The position numbers were made by a program, and so were the translations under genes. The notes below the pieces were generated by a model that was not told where the DNA came from, did not search any database, and worked only from the letters and a program-made list of their open reading frames with translations. Below are positions 20,388-29,985 of a stretch of DNA of 64,000 nt, piece by piece (positions within the stretch are counted from its first letter, which is position 1; every line of letters begins with the position of its first letter). The stretch is from a virus (taxonomy: Duplodnaviria > Caudoviricetes): positions 1 to 64,000 of the IMG/VR virus record IMGVR_UViG_3300027884_000039. One strand, written 5' to 3'.

Positions 20388-20563
20388 GCGAGCAGCTATC
20401 CTTCATATGGCGTCACCTTGATCTGTTCACCTACGCCGCAGGATTCTGCTTCGGCGCATCGATAGGCTTCAACCTTGGTCGGACCCTTGAAGCACGCGAT
20501 CATAGGCGCCGAGAGCTAGACAATTTTTTGAAGAGCGATCGAAACAAACTAGACGAATTGTGA
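20384..20563 (+). CDS. Small membrane protein (59 aa)
   Basis: Hand-translated MSEQLSFIWRHLDLFTYAAGFCFGASIGFNLG...; ATGA-coupled. Confidence 0.6.
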   Translation: MSEQLSFIWRHLDLFTYAAGFCFGASIGFNLGRTLEARDHRRRELDNFLKSDRNKLDEL

Positions 20564-20772
20564 AATAACCCGCTGCGCGGTCAAGCGCATTCGCCATCTT
20601 GCAGCGCATGGACGGCATTACAGAATCATTGCTTTCAAAGGCCCTGCATATCATTGCAGAACTCACCTCGATGGTCAATCGATTACTGCCCCGTCAACAT
20701 ATTCCCACAGCAGCCGCCCTTCGGGCTTGCTATATAACCCAAGGAAATAGGGAAGCCCATAAAAACAAACTT

Positions 20773-21153
20773 ATGGCATCCCAGACAATTACCGTACTCA
20801 GTACGCAGAACACCGTACCCGGACAAATCGTTCCCGTAGCTATCGATGGGGTCACCGTCGAACCCATTACGACCATTAACGCCGGTAGTGAACTTTACAC
20901 CGTTGTCGATCAGTCCACCGGTACCACAAGCACCGTTGCTACCGTGGCACCCGTTTCTGGAGGCGCAGAAGGACAGTTCGCTGTTGTCCGGATCACTGGG
21001 CAGAGTGGTACGGTCATCGTCACCTATACCGCTGTCAATACAGCCGGTACGACCATTACCAACTTTGGTGGGGTCGGTGACACCATCATCTTCCAGGGAC
21101 AGCCCACCGGCGTCGCCTCGGCCCTCACGGCCACCTACGGGACGCCCGTATAG
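20773..21153 (+). CDS. Thr/Val-rich Ig-like protein (possible virion decoration)
   Basis: Beta-strand pattern (STVATVAP...AVVRITGQSGTVIVTYTA); ATG after aaaaacaaactt. Confidence 0.6.
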   Translation: MASQTITVLSTQNTVPGQIVPVAIDGVTVEPITTINAGSELYTVVDQSTGTTSTVATVAPVSGGAEGQFAVVRITGQSGTVIVTYTAVNTAGTTITNFGGVGDTIIFQGQPTGVASALTATYGTPV

Positions 21154-21492
21154 ATGATTCGGATCGTGAATAAACATATGCACGAAGCCACTCCTGATTG
21201 CATTGACGTGTATATCGGGCGTGGCTCTCCGTTGGGTAACCAGTGGACTCATTTACCTGGACGCATGCACCTGGCTAAATACCGGTCTGCGTCCAGACAG
21301 GAAGCTATTGAAAAATACGCTGAGTGGTTGCAGCAGGAACTGACAGATGAGACTAGCTACGCCTCCAAGGCGATTGCCCGGATCGCGGGACTAGCCCGCA
21401 AGTACGATGTGAACCTGGTTTGCTACTGTGCCCCCCAGGCTTGTCATGGGGAAGTGATTAAGCGGGTCATTGAGGATATGAATAAGATATAG
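21154..21492 (+). CDS. DUF4326 domain protein
   Basis: VYIGRGSPLGN...REAIEKY...LVCYCAPQACHGEVI. Confidence 0.85.
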   Translation: MIRIVNKHMHEATPDCIDVYIGRGSPLGNQWTHLPGRMHLAKYRSASRQEAIEKYAEWLQQELTDETSYASKAIARIAGLARKYDVNLVCYCAPQACHGEVIKRVIEDMNKI

Positions 21493-21515
21493 TATCTTAG
21501 GCGGAAACTATAACC

Positions 21516-22091
21516 ATGAAAGTATATGTCTTGTATGATCAACGCAGGCCGGAGCAAGAGATCGATGCGATGCACGCAGAATTAGCTAGACAGGGCATCG
21601 AATATGAAGCCATTTGGTCGCTCCATTTCTTTTCGTCCACAGCAATGAATATCAACCTCGCCCACAAGCTCTTTGTTCGCCTGGCTCAGGAGAAGGGCCT
21701 CCCAGAGGTCTGTATCCTGGAAGCAGATGCGATGTTCCCCTCCCTTGGTGGGTGGCGATTATTCCTAGAACACAAGCCTAAAGACTTTGACATCTATCTC
21801 GCAGGTACTTACGGGCTTCAGATGGATTATATGCGCCAGCATGAGCATGGGGTATACCCCATCACTTCCATCAATGGTCTGCATTGTTACATCATTCGAG
21901 CGCAATTCTATGATACCTTTCTCTCTCTGCCTGCCGATCAGCATATCGATGTAGCGCTTGATGGCCTGGGAAAGTACTTTGTATGCTATCCCTTCGCAGC
22001 TATCCAACGTCCAGGTTGGTCAGCGAATGCGAGGGGGAACGTCAACTACAATGCGAATCTGCTGCCCTGTGATGTATTGGGTTGGGAATAG
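21516..22091 (+). CDS. Glycosyltransferase family 25-like
   Basis: INLAH, CILEADA, GLHCYII, HIDVAL, AIQ motifs. Confidence 0.75.
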   Translation: MKVYVLYDQRRPEQEIDAMHAELARQGIEYEAIWSLHFFSSTAMNINLAHKLFVRLAQEKGLPEVCILEADAMFPSLGGWRLFLEHKPKDFDIYLAGTYGLQMDYMRQHEHGVYPITSINGLHCYIIRAQFYDTFLSLPADQHIDVALDGLGKYFVCYPFAAIQRPGWSANARGNVNYNANLLPCDVLGWE

Positions 22092-22108
22092 ACATTCCCA
22101 CTAACGAC

Positions 22109-22141
22109 GAAGGCCAGCCACCCACTGGATGACTGGCCTTC
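22109..22141. terminator. Hairpin between convergent genes
   Basis: gaaggccag / ctggccttc inverted repeat. Confidence 0.6.
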
Positions 22142-22143
22142 CT

Positions 22144-22467
22144 TCATACGACTATTGTTCCGGCTAACACCTGCACCCCTACTTGCAGTTCAATGAGCCG
22201 TTCATAATCTAACTTATAGAACATACTGCGGCCCTGCTTACGCTTTTGCACCAGCTTGGCATTTAACATGTCCTTTAGCCAGGCCTCTACCTCCCAATCT
22301 TGCTTACACATCCTGGTGGCTAAATCCAGTGGCCGCAGTTCGGTAATCTTATCGTCCCCCTCCTCCCCGTCTAACCACTTAATAATAATCAGTTGATTGG
22401 GGTTCTCAATAGCTCTCAACGCCGTCTGTGCGCTGGTGATCTGCGCCTCATCAAATCTCTTTTTCAT
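22144..22467 (-). CDS. ArsR-like winged-helix regulator
   Basis: ALRAIENPNQL.II..L...LKDMLNAKLVQKRKQGRSMFYKL. Confidence 0.8.
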   Translation of the reverse strand: MKKRFDEAQITSAQTALRAIENPNQLIIIKWLDGEEGDDKITELRPLDLATRMCKQDWEVEAWLKDMLNAKLVQKRKQGRSMFYKLDYERLIELQVGVQVLAGTIVV

Positions 22468-22502
22468 TATCGATTTTTTTTACGTGATTGTGAATGGTAC
22501 TT

Positions 22503-23447
22503 CTATATATGCCCCTCATCCCGCCACTCTTGAGCGCGATCTGATTGAAATTTATTACTGTATTCGCCTTTTACTCTGGTTTTCCGCTGTTTAAAGGTAA
22601 TCCCCCTTTCTTGCGCAAACTCAATAATCTTACCCCGCTTGATCCCGCTTAATACCCAATTGATCTGATCTATTGTTTTGATCGGCGCATATTTTATGAT
22701 GTAATATTGCCAATCCGGAATTGGCTGTGCCCCGCTGTCTCCACAATAACGATCTATGGTACCGATGCTGCAACTAAGCGCCTCTGCCATGGCCTTCCTA
22801 CTCATTGTATATTGATGGCGATGGATAAAATCAAGCTTACGCTGCTTGTCTGGCACCGGCTGTACTCCCAACGCGTTACACCATTCAATAATTTCGCCCT
22901 TGGTGACTTCCAGACTATTTGCAAGTTCTCCACAGGTCATTGAAGTATGCAAATGCAGTATAGCTTTTTTGGTGATCTCCTCCATACTCAATGGTTGGAT
23001 GCCTAATTTATTGCACCGTTTCGTTATTTGATAGGTCGTAACTTTTAATTTGTTAGCCAACGCTTGTTTACTCATCGACTTATGATATAGTAATAGCTCC
23101 TGATCTATCGCGTCTATCACCTCTTCAATAGGGACTATTACCGGCATCACTTTTACTTCAATAGGTTTATTAACCAGACCTAATTTATTGCACCGCTTGT
23201 TTATCGAATGTAAAGACATTTTTAACTCCTCGGCCATCTGTTCCCGGCTCATGCTTTCATAATGAGAAAGGAGGAACGCATTAGATCGTTCGTCCAGGGT
23301 TATCGGTTTTACGCCAAGCTCTTTACAGACCCGGATCACAATGTACTTGAACTGATTGCTTTGCTCAGATAGCTCTTGAGTAGTCTTGTCCCTGTAATTC
23401 TCTAATATAAACCGCTTTAGGTGCGCCTCGTCGGTAATTTTAAACAT
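22503..23447 (-). CDS. Multi-HTH repeat DNA-binding protein (about 6 repeats)
   Basis: Repeats such as SREQMAEELKMS..SINKRCNKLGL. Confidence 0.75.
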   Translation of the reverse strand: MFKITDEAHLKRFILENYRDKTTQELSEQSNQFKYIVIRVCKELGVKPITLDERSNAFLLSHYESMSREQMAEELKMSLHSINKRCNKLGLVNKPIEVKVMPVIVPIEEVIDAIDQELLLYHKSMSKQALANKLKVTTYQITKRCNKLGIQPLSMEEITKKAILHLHTSMTCGELANSLEVTKGEIIEWCNALGVQPVPDKQRKLDFIHRHQYTMSRKAMAEALSCSIGTIDRYCGDSGAQPIPDWQYYIIKYAPIKTIDQINWVLSGIKRGKIIEFAQERGITFKQRKTRVKGEYSNKFQSDRAQEWRDEGHI

Positions 23448-23451
23448 GACT

Positions 23452-23649
23452 TCACTTTTTAGGGTTATCTAATAATTGACTGACGATCTCTTCGGCCTTC
23501 GGGTCCTCGAATATCTTTCGCAGCAATGCATCTGCAAGGGTCTTGCGCTTTAATAGCCTGCTTAGCCCAATGCGATCCATCGCGCCCAATGCTTTAGGTG
23601 ATAACGATACATTAATCTTCTGTTTCTTTGTATTCATTGTGCATGTCAT
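23452..23649 (-). CDS. Small ribbon-helix-helix-like protein
   Basis: KINVSLS strand followed by two helices. Confidence 0.5.
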   Translation of the reverse strand: MTCTMNTKKQKINVSLSPKALGAMDRIGLSRLLKRKTLADALLRKIFEDPKAEEIVSQLLDNPKK

Positions 23650-23736
23650 TTAACTGGTTAAGAAATACATCGCTCGCAATAGCGATGAGGTGTGGAAAGC
23701 CATAGGCTAGGGTGATCATGAGGATGGTTATCATAG

Positions 23737-23955
23737 CTAATGTAATTTATTAGTTGCCATGAAATTAATGAGTGTCGCATGTTTAATTACTTGCTCCGCA
23801 TGGTATGCCTGCCCCTCACTCACATAGTTCCAAAATAAGGGTCGTTGCTCTTTGGATAGTAAACCTACCATTGTCTTGGCGATTTCCTTATTACCCGCTT
23901 TGTCAGACCCCCACAATTCAATAATTTTTTGGAAGTGATCATAGTTGTTATTCAT
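23737..23955 (-). CDS. Hypothetical protein
   Basis: ORF with A-rich leader. Confidence 0.65.
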   Translation of the reverse strand: MNNNYDHFQKIIELWGSDKAGNKEIAKTMVGLLSKEQRPLFWNYVSEGQAYHAEQVIKHATLINFMATNKLH

Positions 23956-23966
23956 ATACGTTTAGT

Positions 23967-24212
23967 TTATTTACTCTTTAATTCATAATTCCATTCGCCA
24001 TCGATGGTTCTGAACGGACGCACTATAGTTGGATGCCCCTGTCTATATAGATCGATTGAAACAATGGTGCGCACATCAACTCCTTGCTGCTCCAGGTGAT
24101 CAAAGATCAGCGATAACCAGGGCTTGCAATCGATCCCCTCTATTACTTTGCCGTTTTCATCAAAACAGCTATAGTGCCCATTATCAGCGATTAACATGGA
24201 ATGTACTTTCAT
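23967..24212 (-). CDS. Hypothetical protein
   Basis: ORF with A-rich leader. Confidence 0.65.
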   Translation of the reverse strand: MKVHSMLIADNGHYSCFDENGKVIEGIDCKPWLSLIFDHLEQQGVDVRTIVSIDLYRQGHPTIVRPFRTIDGEWNYELKSK

Positions 24213-24293
24213 ATACGTTTAGTTTATTTACAGCCCCGTTACGAAGACCTCCAAAGGGAAGAGGCGGGGGCTGCTATCATAATTTTCCCGACT

Positions 24294-24686
24294 TTAGACG
24301 GGTAAACGCCGAAGTTGAAAAGACATGTATAGGCATTCACATAATAGAAATACGGCCCAATACGGAGGGGATTCATGAAACACATATTTTCCTATCAGGA
24401 ATAGCGCTACCATAAATCCCAATATCTGTAGCCACATATAAAACTCTCTATATACGCGCTTTCTCTTGGTATCTGTAATCGGTACCTGCGGTTGTTCTTC
24501 CACTGGCTCCCATATAATGAACCGAAAGCCATTGAATGTTCTCTTGGCACCATTGATTAGCACCACTACACATGGATAACCTTCGATGTCCTCATAAATC
24601 TCCGTCACCCCCTCGTGCCCTACTTCAAAATAGTCAATATCGTCGGGGTTTTCATTACTGTTAAAGATTCTAACATTGGTATTCAT
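24294..24686 (-). CDS. Hypothetical membrane protein (2 C-terminal TMs)
   Basis: Hydrophobic C-terminus. Confidence 0.65.
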   Translation of the reverse strand: MNTNVRIFNSNENPDDIDYFEVGHEGVTEIYEDIEGYPCVVVLINGAKRTFNGFRFIIWEPVEEQPQVPITDTKRKRVYREFYMWLQILGFMVALFLIGKYVFHESPPYWAVFLLCECLYMSFQLRRLPV

Positions 24687-24713
24687 ATTGTTGTTTTGTG
24701 GCCGTGAAGCCGG

Positions 24714-24959
24714 TTAAAAATTCTTGTGGTAGAATTCGATGAACTTATTATTGATGGCAACGTACTCATTCGCCTGGGCAATTATCCCAATTTGCTTTGC
24801 CGTAAAAGAAGTGATCCATCGTAATAATTCCTTCCTTTGGGGCTGATCCATACCAGCTATTTTTTCTCTGACTCTTTTATAATCCCCAGTAATCCACCAC
24901 GATAGGAATGTCTTTAAATCTGAGTCTGATAATCCTATCGGTGTTTTCTTTTGTTTCAT
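24714..24959 (-). CDS. Hypothetical protein
   Basis: ORF. Confidence 0.6.
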   Translation of the reverse strand: MKQKKTPIGLSDSDLKTFLSWWITGDYKRVREKIAGMDQPQRKELLRWITSFTAKQIGIIAQANEYVAINNKFIEFYHKNF

Positions 24960-24979
24960 TGGTGAAATTGTTTAGTGAT

Positions 24980-25225
24980 TTAATCGGGGTTTTTATCGCG
25001 GCCAATGACGATGGCATTCACATAGCCCATAACTGGACCCCCTTCCTGCTTGAAGTTTTGAAACTGACCATCGTAATAGCGTTTCTTGCCTACCTCTATT
25101 ACCATTTCCATCGTGATCTCCGGATGGTCATAGCCATTCTCATAGCCATCGACCAGGACTAGCATGTCGCGAGGTAGCTTACTCAGGCGGTCCAATAGTT
25201 CGCCTACTGTTGTTTGTTCTGCCAT
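24980..25225 (-). CDS. Hypothetical phage protein (TVGELLDRLSKLP..VLVDGYE)
   Basis: Recurrent small phage-protein pattern. Confidence 0.7.
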   Translation of the reverse strand: MAEQTTVGELLDRLSKLPRDMLVLVDGYENGYDHPEITMEMVIEVGKKRYYDGQFQNFKQEGGPVMGYVNAIVIGRDKNPD

Positions 25226-25253
25226 TGTTATGCGGGATCGTTGCCCGCTACGT

Positions 25254-25466
25254 TTATTCAGTGATTCCAATCGGTGGACAACCACAGGTGATCGCGGCTA
25301 TCATTGCATGCAAAAGCTCTTCTGTATTACAAGAACCCATCGGTTCAGGATCAAAACCGAAGGATGGTCCAGGGTCATGCTCTTGCCATGGAATTTCATT
25401 GCCATCCTTATCTACTTCTACCCGCTCGGCTTCTAGCCAGAGCTTGTACTTGTACTTCTTTTCCAT
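25254..25466 (-). CDS. Hypothetical protein
   Basis: ORF with A-rich leader. Confidence 0.6.
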   Translation of the reverse strand: MEKKYKYKLWLEAERVEVDKDGNEIPWQEHDPGPSFGFDPEPMGSCNTEELLHAMIAAITCGCPPIGITE

Positions 25467-25486
25467 TGTTGTTGGTTTTATGGTGA

Positions 25487-25696
25487 TTAAATTAAAACTT
25501 TGGACTGAAACTCCTGCTGATTTATAAATGTCAAGGTGTCGCCAATATAGTAATGGTTGCTTACCAAATAGACCTCTTCCAATTTTCCATACTCACACAC
25601 TTCTAATATCTTGATGGCTTCGGGGATGTCATCGGCAACGAATATTGTTTTGAATTTACCATTCGTTGCCTTGTAATAAAGTACAAATAGCTTCAT
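25487..25696 (-). CDS. Hypothetical protein
   Basis: ORF from MKLFVLYYK. Confidence 0.6.
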   Translation of the reverse strand: MKLFVLYYKATNGKFKTIFVADDIPEAIKILEVCEYGKLEEVYLVSNHYYIGDTLTFINQQEFQSKVLI

Positions 25697-25743
25697 GTTG
25701 ATTGGTTTATAGGGGGCTCCTGTTACGGGAGCCCCCTGGTGAA

Positions 25744-25995
25744 TTAATGATTCCACGGATGATGGACGAGCGGCAGAGCCGCCTTCGCCATTTCTTCATC
25801 ATCTAAATAATTAGCCACATTGGCTAACGTAAGTGGCAGTTCGATGTCTACGGCCATAAATGGCTGACCGAATCCATAGGGTTGGTCATGCGGCATGTCA
25901 TACGCTATTACATCATATTCAGCGGGCTTGTCGCAAAATACTTCGGTTACCAAGCCATTGTGGATAAGAACAATAATGCGGGCTTTGTCGCTCAT
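25744..25995 (-). CDS. Hypothetical protein
   Basis: ORF with A-rich leader. Confidence 0.65.
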   Translation of the reverse strand: MSDKARIIVLIHNGLVTEVFCDKPAEYDVIAYDMPHDQPYGFGQPFMAVDIELPLTLANVANYLDDEEMAKAALPLVHHPWNH

Positions 25996-26043
25996 TTTAG
26001 TGTTTTATGGGATGTCGTGTTATACGACATCCCTGGTGAATGA

Positions 26044-26259
26044 TTAAGGATTGATAATGGTGCCATCCGGCAGCTTATTGGTATTGATTATGGATACCTG
26101 TTCATTGCGTGACAGCATATACGCTTCCGGCTTTGAGATACGCACGTAATAGTTTGCGTTGGTCGAAGCTACTTTCAATAGGACATAATACTCGCCGTTG
26201 CTATTGATAATAGCCATTGACGTGGTTATCACTCGTTGCCTTGTTGGTTTGTTTGACAT
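26044..26259 (-). CDS. Hypothetical protein
   Basis: ORF. Confidence 0.6.
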   Translation of the reverse strand: MSNKPTRQRVITTSMAIINSNGEYYVLLKVASTNANYYVRISKPEAYMLSRNEQVSIINTNKLPDGTIINP

Positions 26260-26270
26260 CGGATGGATTT

Positions 26271-26471
26271 TTAAAGTGCGTTAATACAAAGGATAGCACG
26301 GGTATAAGCATTATTGCTATCCTCTTGGAATGCTTGTTTAAGCATATGCCTTAATGCCGCCTTGCGCTTGTCTTTGTTCAGCGATAAAAATAACTCTACC
26401 GCCTTGTCTGGATCATCTATTGATGTGCGAATGATCGTGTCATAATAGACCGGGTTGAGGGTTTTACACAT
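26271..26471 (-). CDS. Hypothetical protein
   Basis: ORF from MCKTLNP. Confidence 0.55.
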   Translation of the reverse strand: MCKTLNPVYYDTIIRTSIDDPDKAVELFLSLNKDKRKAALRHMLKQAFQEDSNNAYTRAILCINAL

Positions 26472-26712
26472 GGCTGTACGGTTTAGTGTGACCAAAATAA
26501 TGCCCACTGCTTCGCTCCACCGCGCTTGTGTCCATCGCCTGTGGTCTGGTAATGCGCACCTTCCGGTTCACTACCTTACTCACGACCTCGCCTAACTCCG
26601 CGAGGTTGTCCATCGTAATGTAGGCATAGACCGGTTCTTCGAACGCTGTCCTTGGTCCCTCCGCTGCCACCTGGACAGCAATTAACTGGGGGATTGTTTT
26701 TTTCTTGTTCAT
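26464..26712 (-). CDS. Hypothetical protein
   Basis: ORF from MNKKKT with taaaacacaatcac leader. Confidence 0.6.
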   Translation of the reverse strand: MNKKKTIPQLIAVQVAAEGPRTAFEEPVYAYITMDNLAELGEVVSKVVNRKVRITRPQAMDTSAVERSSGHYFGHTKPYSHV

Positions 26713-26783
26713 GTGATTGTGTTTTAATGAGGTCACTACTCCGCCTTCCAGACGGTAGGGCACGATCCTGTAGTGACGGGTGA

Positions 26784-27035
26784 TTATTTAATCTCAACCG
26801 GCTTATCCACTTCGAAGGACTCGCTACATACAACGGTCGCGGTCTTTGTTACCTTCACCACTTCCGTTTTGATGCGCCGCCAATAGCCATCGTAGCCGTC
26901 CTTCTTGTTCCGCATGCGATACTCCTCGCTATTGATCATATCGATAGCCTCCTGCATCGTATCGAATGTCTTGCCGTGAAACATATAGCCGTCTGCTAAC
27001 TGGATTTCGTAATAGGTGATCGTTGTTGTCTTCAT
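26784..27035 (-). CDS. Hypothetical protein
   Basis: ORF with A-rich leader. Confidence 0.65.
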   Translation of the reverse strand: MKTTTITYYEIQLADGYMFHGKTFDTMQEAIDMINSEEYRMRNKKDGYDGYWRRIKTEVVKVTKTATVVCSESFEVDKPVEIK

Positions 27036-27122
27036 GATTGCTTGTTTTTAGTTATCGAAACTTTTGATGCGCCGCTATCCCCCGTTCGACGGTAGGATCG
27101 TGTTACACCAGGATAGCGGAGG

Positions 27123-27347
27123 TTAATAGATGGCACTAATACACACTTTCAATACCTGATAGTCATCAGAGTTAAAGGTAAAGTCTGCTAGTTCCGTGAG
27201 GTACTTCACTCGCTGTTCATTACTCATAGCGCGGAACTGATCCGAAGCTTGCTTCAATTGGCCGTTCACAACGCTTTCAAAGATCATATCCTGATACTCT
27301 TTAATGGTTGTGAAGCCGTGGTCCGCTAAATCTTTCTTGGTGATCAT
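27123..27347 (-). CDS. Hypothetical protein
   Basis: ORF with A-rich leader. Confidence 0.65.
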   Translation of the reverse strand: MITKKDLADHGFTTIKEYQDMIFESVVNGQLKQASDQFRAMSNEQRVKYLTELADFTFNSDDYQVLKVCISAIY

Positions 27348-27433
27348 GGTTGTGTGTTTATAATGATTGAATAATGTTCACATTAGGTCCCAGGGTAGAC
27401 ACCCCAGGACCAGGCCAGCTTTGGCCCTCTCAA

Positions 27434-27784
27434 TTAAACGAGGTCATTGAAGAATGTTATGAACTCCTGCGTGAACTTCCCCTGTTCATCGAATACCAAG
27501 TACTCGCAGTAGTCATGCTCGCAATACAATGGATAGTTCGCCTTGCTGTTGTATTGACTCTTGAATACCAACTGCGTTTCGCCAATGGCAAAATCAATAT
27601 TGCGGACGGCTAAATATCCATCGTCTAATAATGTTATGTCAAATGGATCGCCTTCATGATACATTGTCATGCCTTTTAAAGGAAATCCATCGTGTATGGA
27701 TAAGGCTAATTGGCCTATACACTTGAGCAGCTTCGCTTCATTGAATAGGTCACGCGGTAGTACGCGGAGATAGTATATATTCAT
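27434..27784 (-). CDS. Hypothetical protein
   Basis: ORF with A-rich leader. Confidence 0.7.
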   Translation of the reverse strand: MNIYYLRVLPRDLFNEAKLLKCIGQLALSIHDGFPLKGMTMYHEGDPFDITLLDDGYLAVRNIDFAIGETQLVFKSQYNSKANYPLYCEHDYCEYLVFDEQGKFTQEFITFFNDLV

Positions 27785-27803
27785 GCTTGTTGTTTTAGTG
27801 GTA

Positions 27804-28052
27804 TCAATAAATCAGGTTTTCTTTATCACAAATGGCTTTTACTTGATCTTTCAACGCCTGTGGGATGTATGTTTGGGCCATAAAGTAGCTAATGGCCATA
27901 TACCCCTGATAGCCGCCTCCTTTATCGATCCCTATCGCAATTTCATACTTGCGATTGGCGTGATTGGCTGGTTCACCAACACAACCCATTGTACCCGTAA
28001 TAAGGGTATACCGATTAGTATGTATCAGCGTTTTGTTTAATATCAATTTCAT
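27804..28052 (-). CDS. Hypothetical protein
   Basis: ORF with A-rich leader. Confidence 0.65.
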   Translation of the reverse strand: MKLILNKTLIHTNRYTLITGTMGCVGEPANHANRKYEIAIGIDKGGGYQGYMAISYFMAQTYIPQALKDQVKAICDKENLIY

Positions 28053-28114
28053 GATTTTGTATTTTAGTTCGAACCCCTCCCGGTATCGATCCGGGATGCT
28101 AGTTCCAAACGGGG

Positions 28115-28342
28115 TTAAGACATCTCTTGAATGATATAGAGGTAATCTACTGAGCCGCTATCTTGATATGCTTCCCATACAGAAAAGCTATCGTCTTCAA
28201 AAAGCTTATCCATATATACCACGTCCCTATTATTGCCCCGCTCCCAAAACCATTGATTAGCTTCAGCCTGAATATCCGCTTCCACAGGTAGATGTAGGCA
28301 ATTTGGTTGTAATTCTGCATCCGTTACATTCTTAATTCGCAT
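28115..28342 (-). CDS. Hypothetical protein
   Basis: ORF with A-rich leader. Confidence 0.65.
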   Translation of the reverse strand: MRIKNVTDAELQPNCLHLPVEADIQAEANQWFWERGNNRDVVYMDKLFEDDSFSVWEAYQDSGSVDYLYIIQEMS

Positions 28343-28374
28343 AGTTTATGTTTTAGTTATTGAAACAAACGGGG

Positions 28375-28971
28375 TTAATAACGTTTACCGTCACGGGTGA
28401 ATTCATCTTCCATATTGGCAAGTTCCTCGCTAATGCATTCGTCACTGTCCTGGTATTCATGGTCTGCTTCTACCGCCCGTTCCCATGCATGATAACATGC
28501 ATGCAGCAATTCTTCGAAGTCCTGATCGGTTGGCTTCTTTAGATAATCATATATGGGTCGCAAGATATCCTCATCCATACAATATCCGGTTAATGTACAG
28601 CAATATGGCGATAATACACACTTACTTTCCCATGTCTTAAAGGTATTTTCGCCGACCCTCTTGTGATACTGCTTGCCGCCGAATAGATGTGTACGGTAAT
28701 TATTCCATAGATACGCCATTAGGCGCGGGCCGGATAGCTCGGCTATATCTTCCGCTATCTGCCTGTTTTTTACAAAAGTGATTCCATCCCCTCGCCGATT
28801 CTGTTCGATAGGGAATAGGTCAATGAATGCCTTTAACGTGTGCAGGTTTTCGGCGTCCCACGCATAGCCATAGTCACTGCGCTTATTGCGATACGCTTCA
28901 ATAGCTTTCTCCTTGGCTGCTTCACTCAGTTCGTTGAACTTGTACAGCTTAATTCTTATGGTCCTACTCAT
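28375..28971 (-). CDS. Hypothetical protein (LYKFNELSEAAKEKAIE family; possibly antirestriction-associated)
   Basis: N-terminal xKFxELSExAKEKA and C-terminal EYxxSDE..E..F..DG motifs (recalled from mobile elements). Confidence 0.65.
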   Translation of the reverse strand: MSRTIRIKLYKFNELSEAAKEKAIEAYRNKRSDYGYAWDAENLHTLKAFIDLFPIEQNRRGDGITFVKNRQIAEDIAELSGPRLMAYLWNNYRTHLFGGKQYHKRVGENTFKTWESKCVLSPYCCTLTGYCMDEDILRPIYDYLKKPTDQDFEELLHACYHAWERAVEADHEYQDSDECISEELANMEDEFTRDGKRY

Positions 28972-29013
28972 AACATTAATGCGTCTTTTATACTCTGCGC
29001 CTGAGCGGTTTGG

Positions 29014-29292
29014 TTAATCTTCGAAATGCAAATACTTTTCTACCTTATCCATAACCGCTAAAAAATGAGTGTGGTGAAAAATAGGGTTGCTGAAGGATTC
29101 TGGATTCTTTGCAATGGCCTGCCTATTGAGTGCTACCATGTTCATCATGCGTTCACGCAATAGCGCTGCTTCCATTGGCCTCAAGTCCTTTAGGAGCTTA
29201 CGAAATAACTGTTCATTGGTTGGCGGTTTTGGTGTCCGCTTTTTGCGCGTTATGCGCCTCGCGGTCTTTTCGTCAACATTGAATAGCATCAT
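29014..29292 (-). CDS. Hypothetical protein
   Basis: ORF. Confidence 0.65.
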   Translation of the reverse strand: MMLFNVDEKTARRITRKKRTPKPPTNEQLFRKLLKDLRPMEAALLRERMMNMVALNRQAIAKNPESFSNPIFHHTHFLAVMDKVEKYLHFED

Positions 29293-29338
29293 GTCAGTAA
29301 AGTTTAAAGCATGAGGGCATAACCCTCATGCTTAGTGA

Positions 29339-29461
29339 TTAAAAATGATACATACCAAGAACGGAATGGGAATAGAGCAGGTAGGCTGATCCCAGTAGGA
29401 TCGCTACCGTGCCCAGGCTAATCGCTGTAGTAAGAGCGATCCGCTGTAGTTTGTGTTTCAT
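29339..29461 (-). CDS. 40-aa single-TM peptide
   Basis: Hand-translated MKHKLQRIALTTAISLGTVAILLGSAYLL...; taaaacaatacac leader. Confidence 0.5.
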   Translation of the reverse strand: MKHKLQRIALTTAISLGTVAILLGSAYLLYSHSVLGMYHF

Positions 29462-29529
29462 GTGTATTGTTTTAATGAGTAACGTAAGACGGTCACGAAC
29501 CGCCTTGTCAGGCTTTAACCTGGATACGT

Positions 29530-29925
29530 TTAGGCTGTACGCTCCTGTTCATGGAGGATAATGCCTTGACCATATATGCACTCTATTAATGGTAACAGCA
29601 CATCCCTATCGATTATATCTACCGGGATGGAACATTCACCACAATCATAGGTTATATACAGCCTATTGCTGTATATAGATATGGTTACCTGCTTGACTGA
29701 TTCCGTAATAACGATAATCCCATTCAGCAATGTGTGATAATCACGCGCCACATGCTCGCAATCTGTGACTTTCACAATGTGACTCCCAGGGTAGGGCTTA
29801 GTAGGCCGCGTAAAGACTTTTGCAAAACCTTTACTAAATCGGTGGTTGCTATCCTCATACTGATAGCTAATAGCTGGATGGCGCCATATGCTGGACGCCA
29901 TATCCTTAATAGATGGTAGTTTCAT
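29530..29925 (-). CDS. Hypothetical protein
   Basis: ORF with A-rich leader. Confidence 0.6.
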   Translation of the reverse strand: MKLPSIKDMASSIWRHPAISYQYEDSNHRFSKGFAKVFTRPTKPYPGSHIVKVTDCEHVARDYHTLLNGIIVITESVKQVTISIYSNRLYITYDCGECSIPVDIIDRDVLLPLIECIYGQGIILHEQERTA

Positions 29926-29985
29926 GATTGAGTGATTTAATGAGAACCACGCAAGGAGTCGAACCTTGCTTATGTTCCAATGTGG

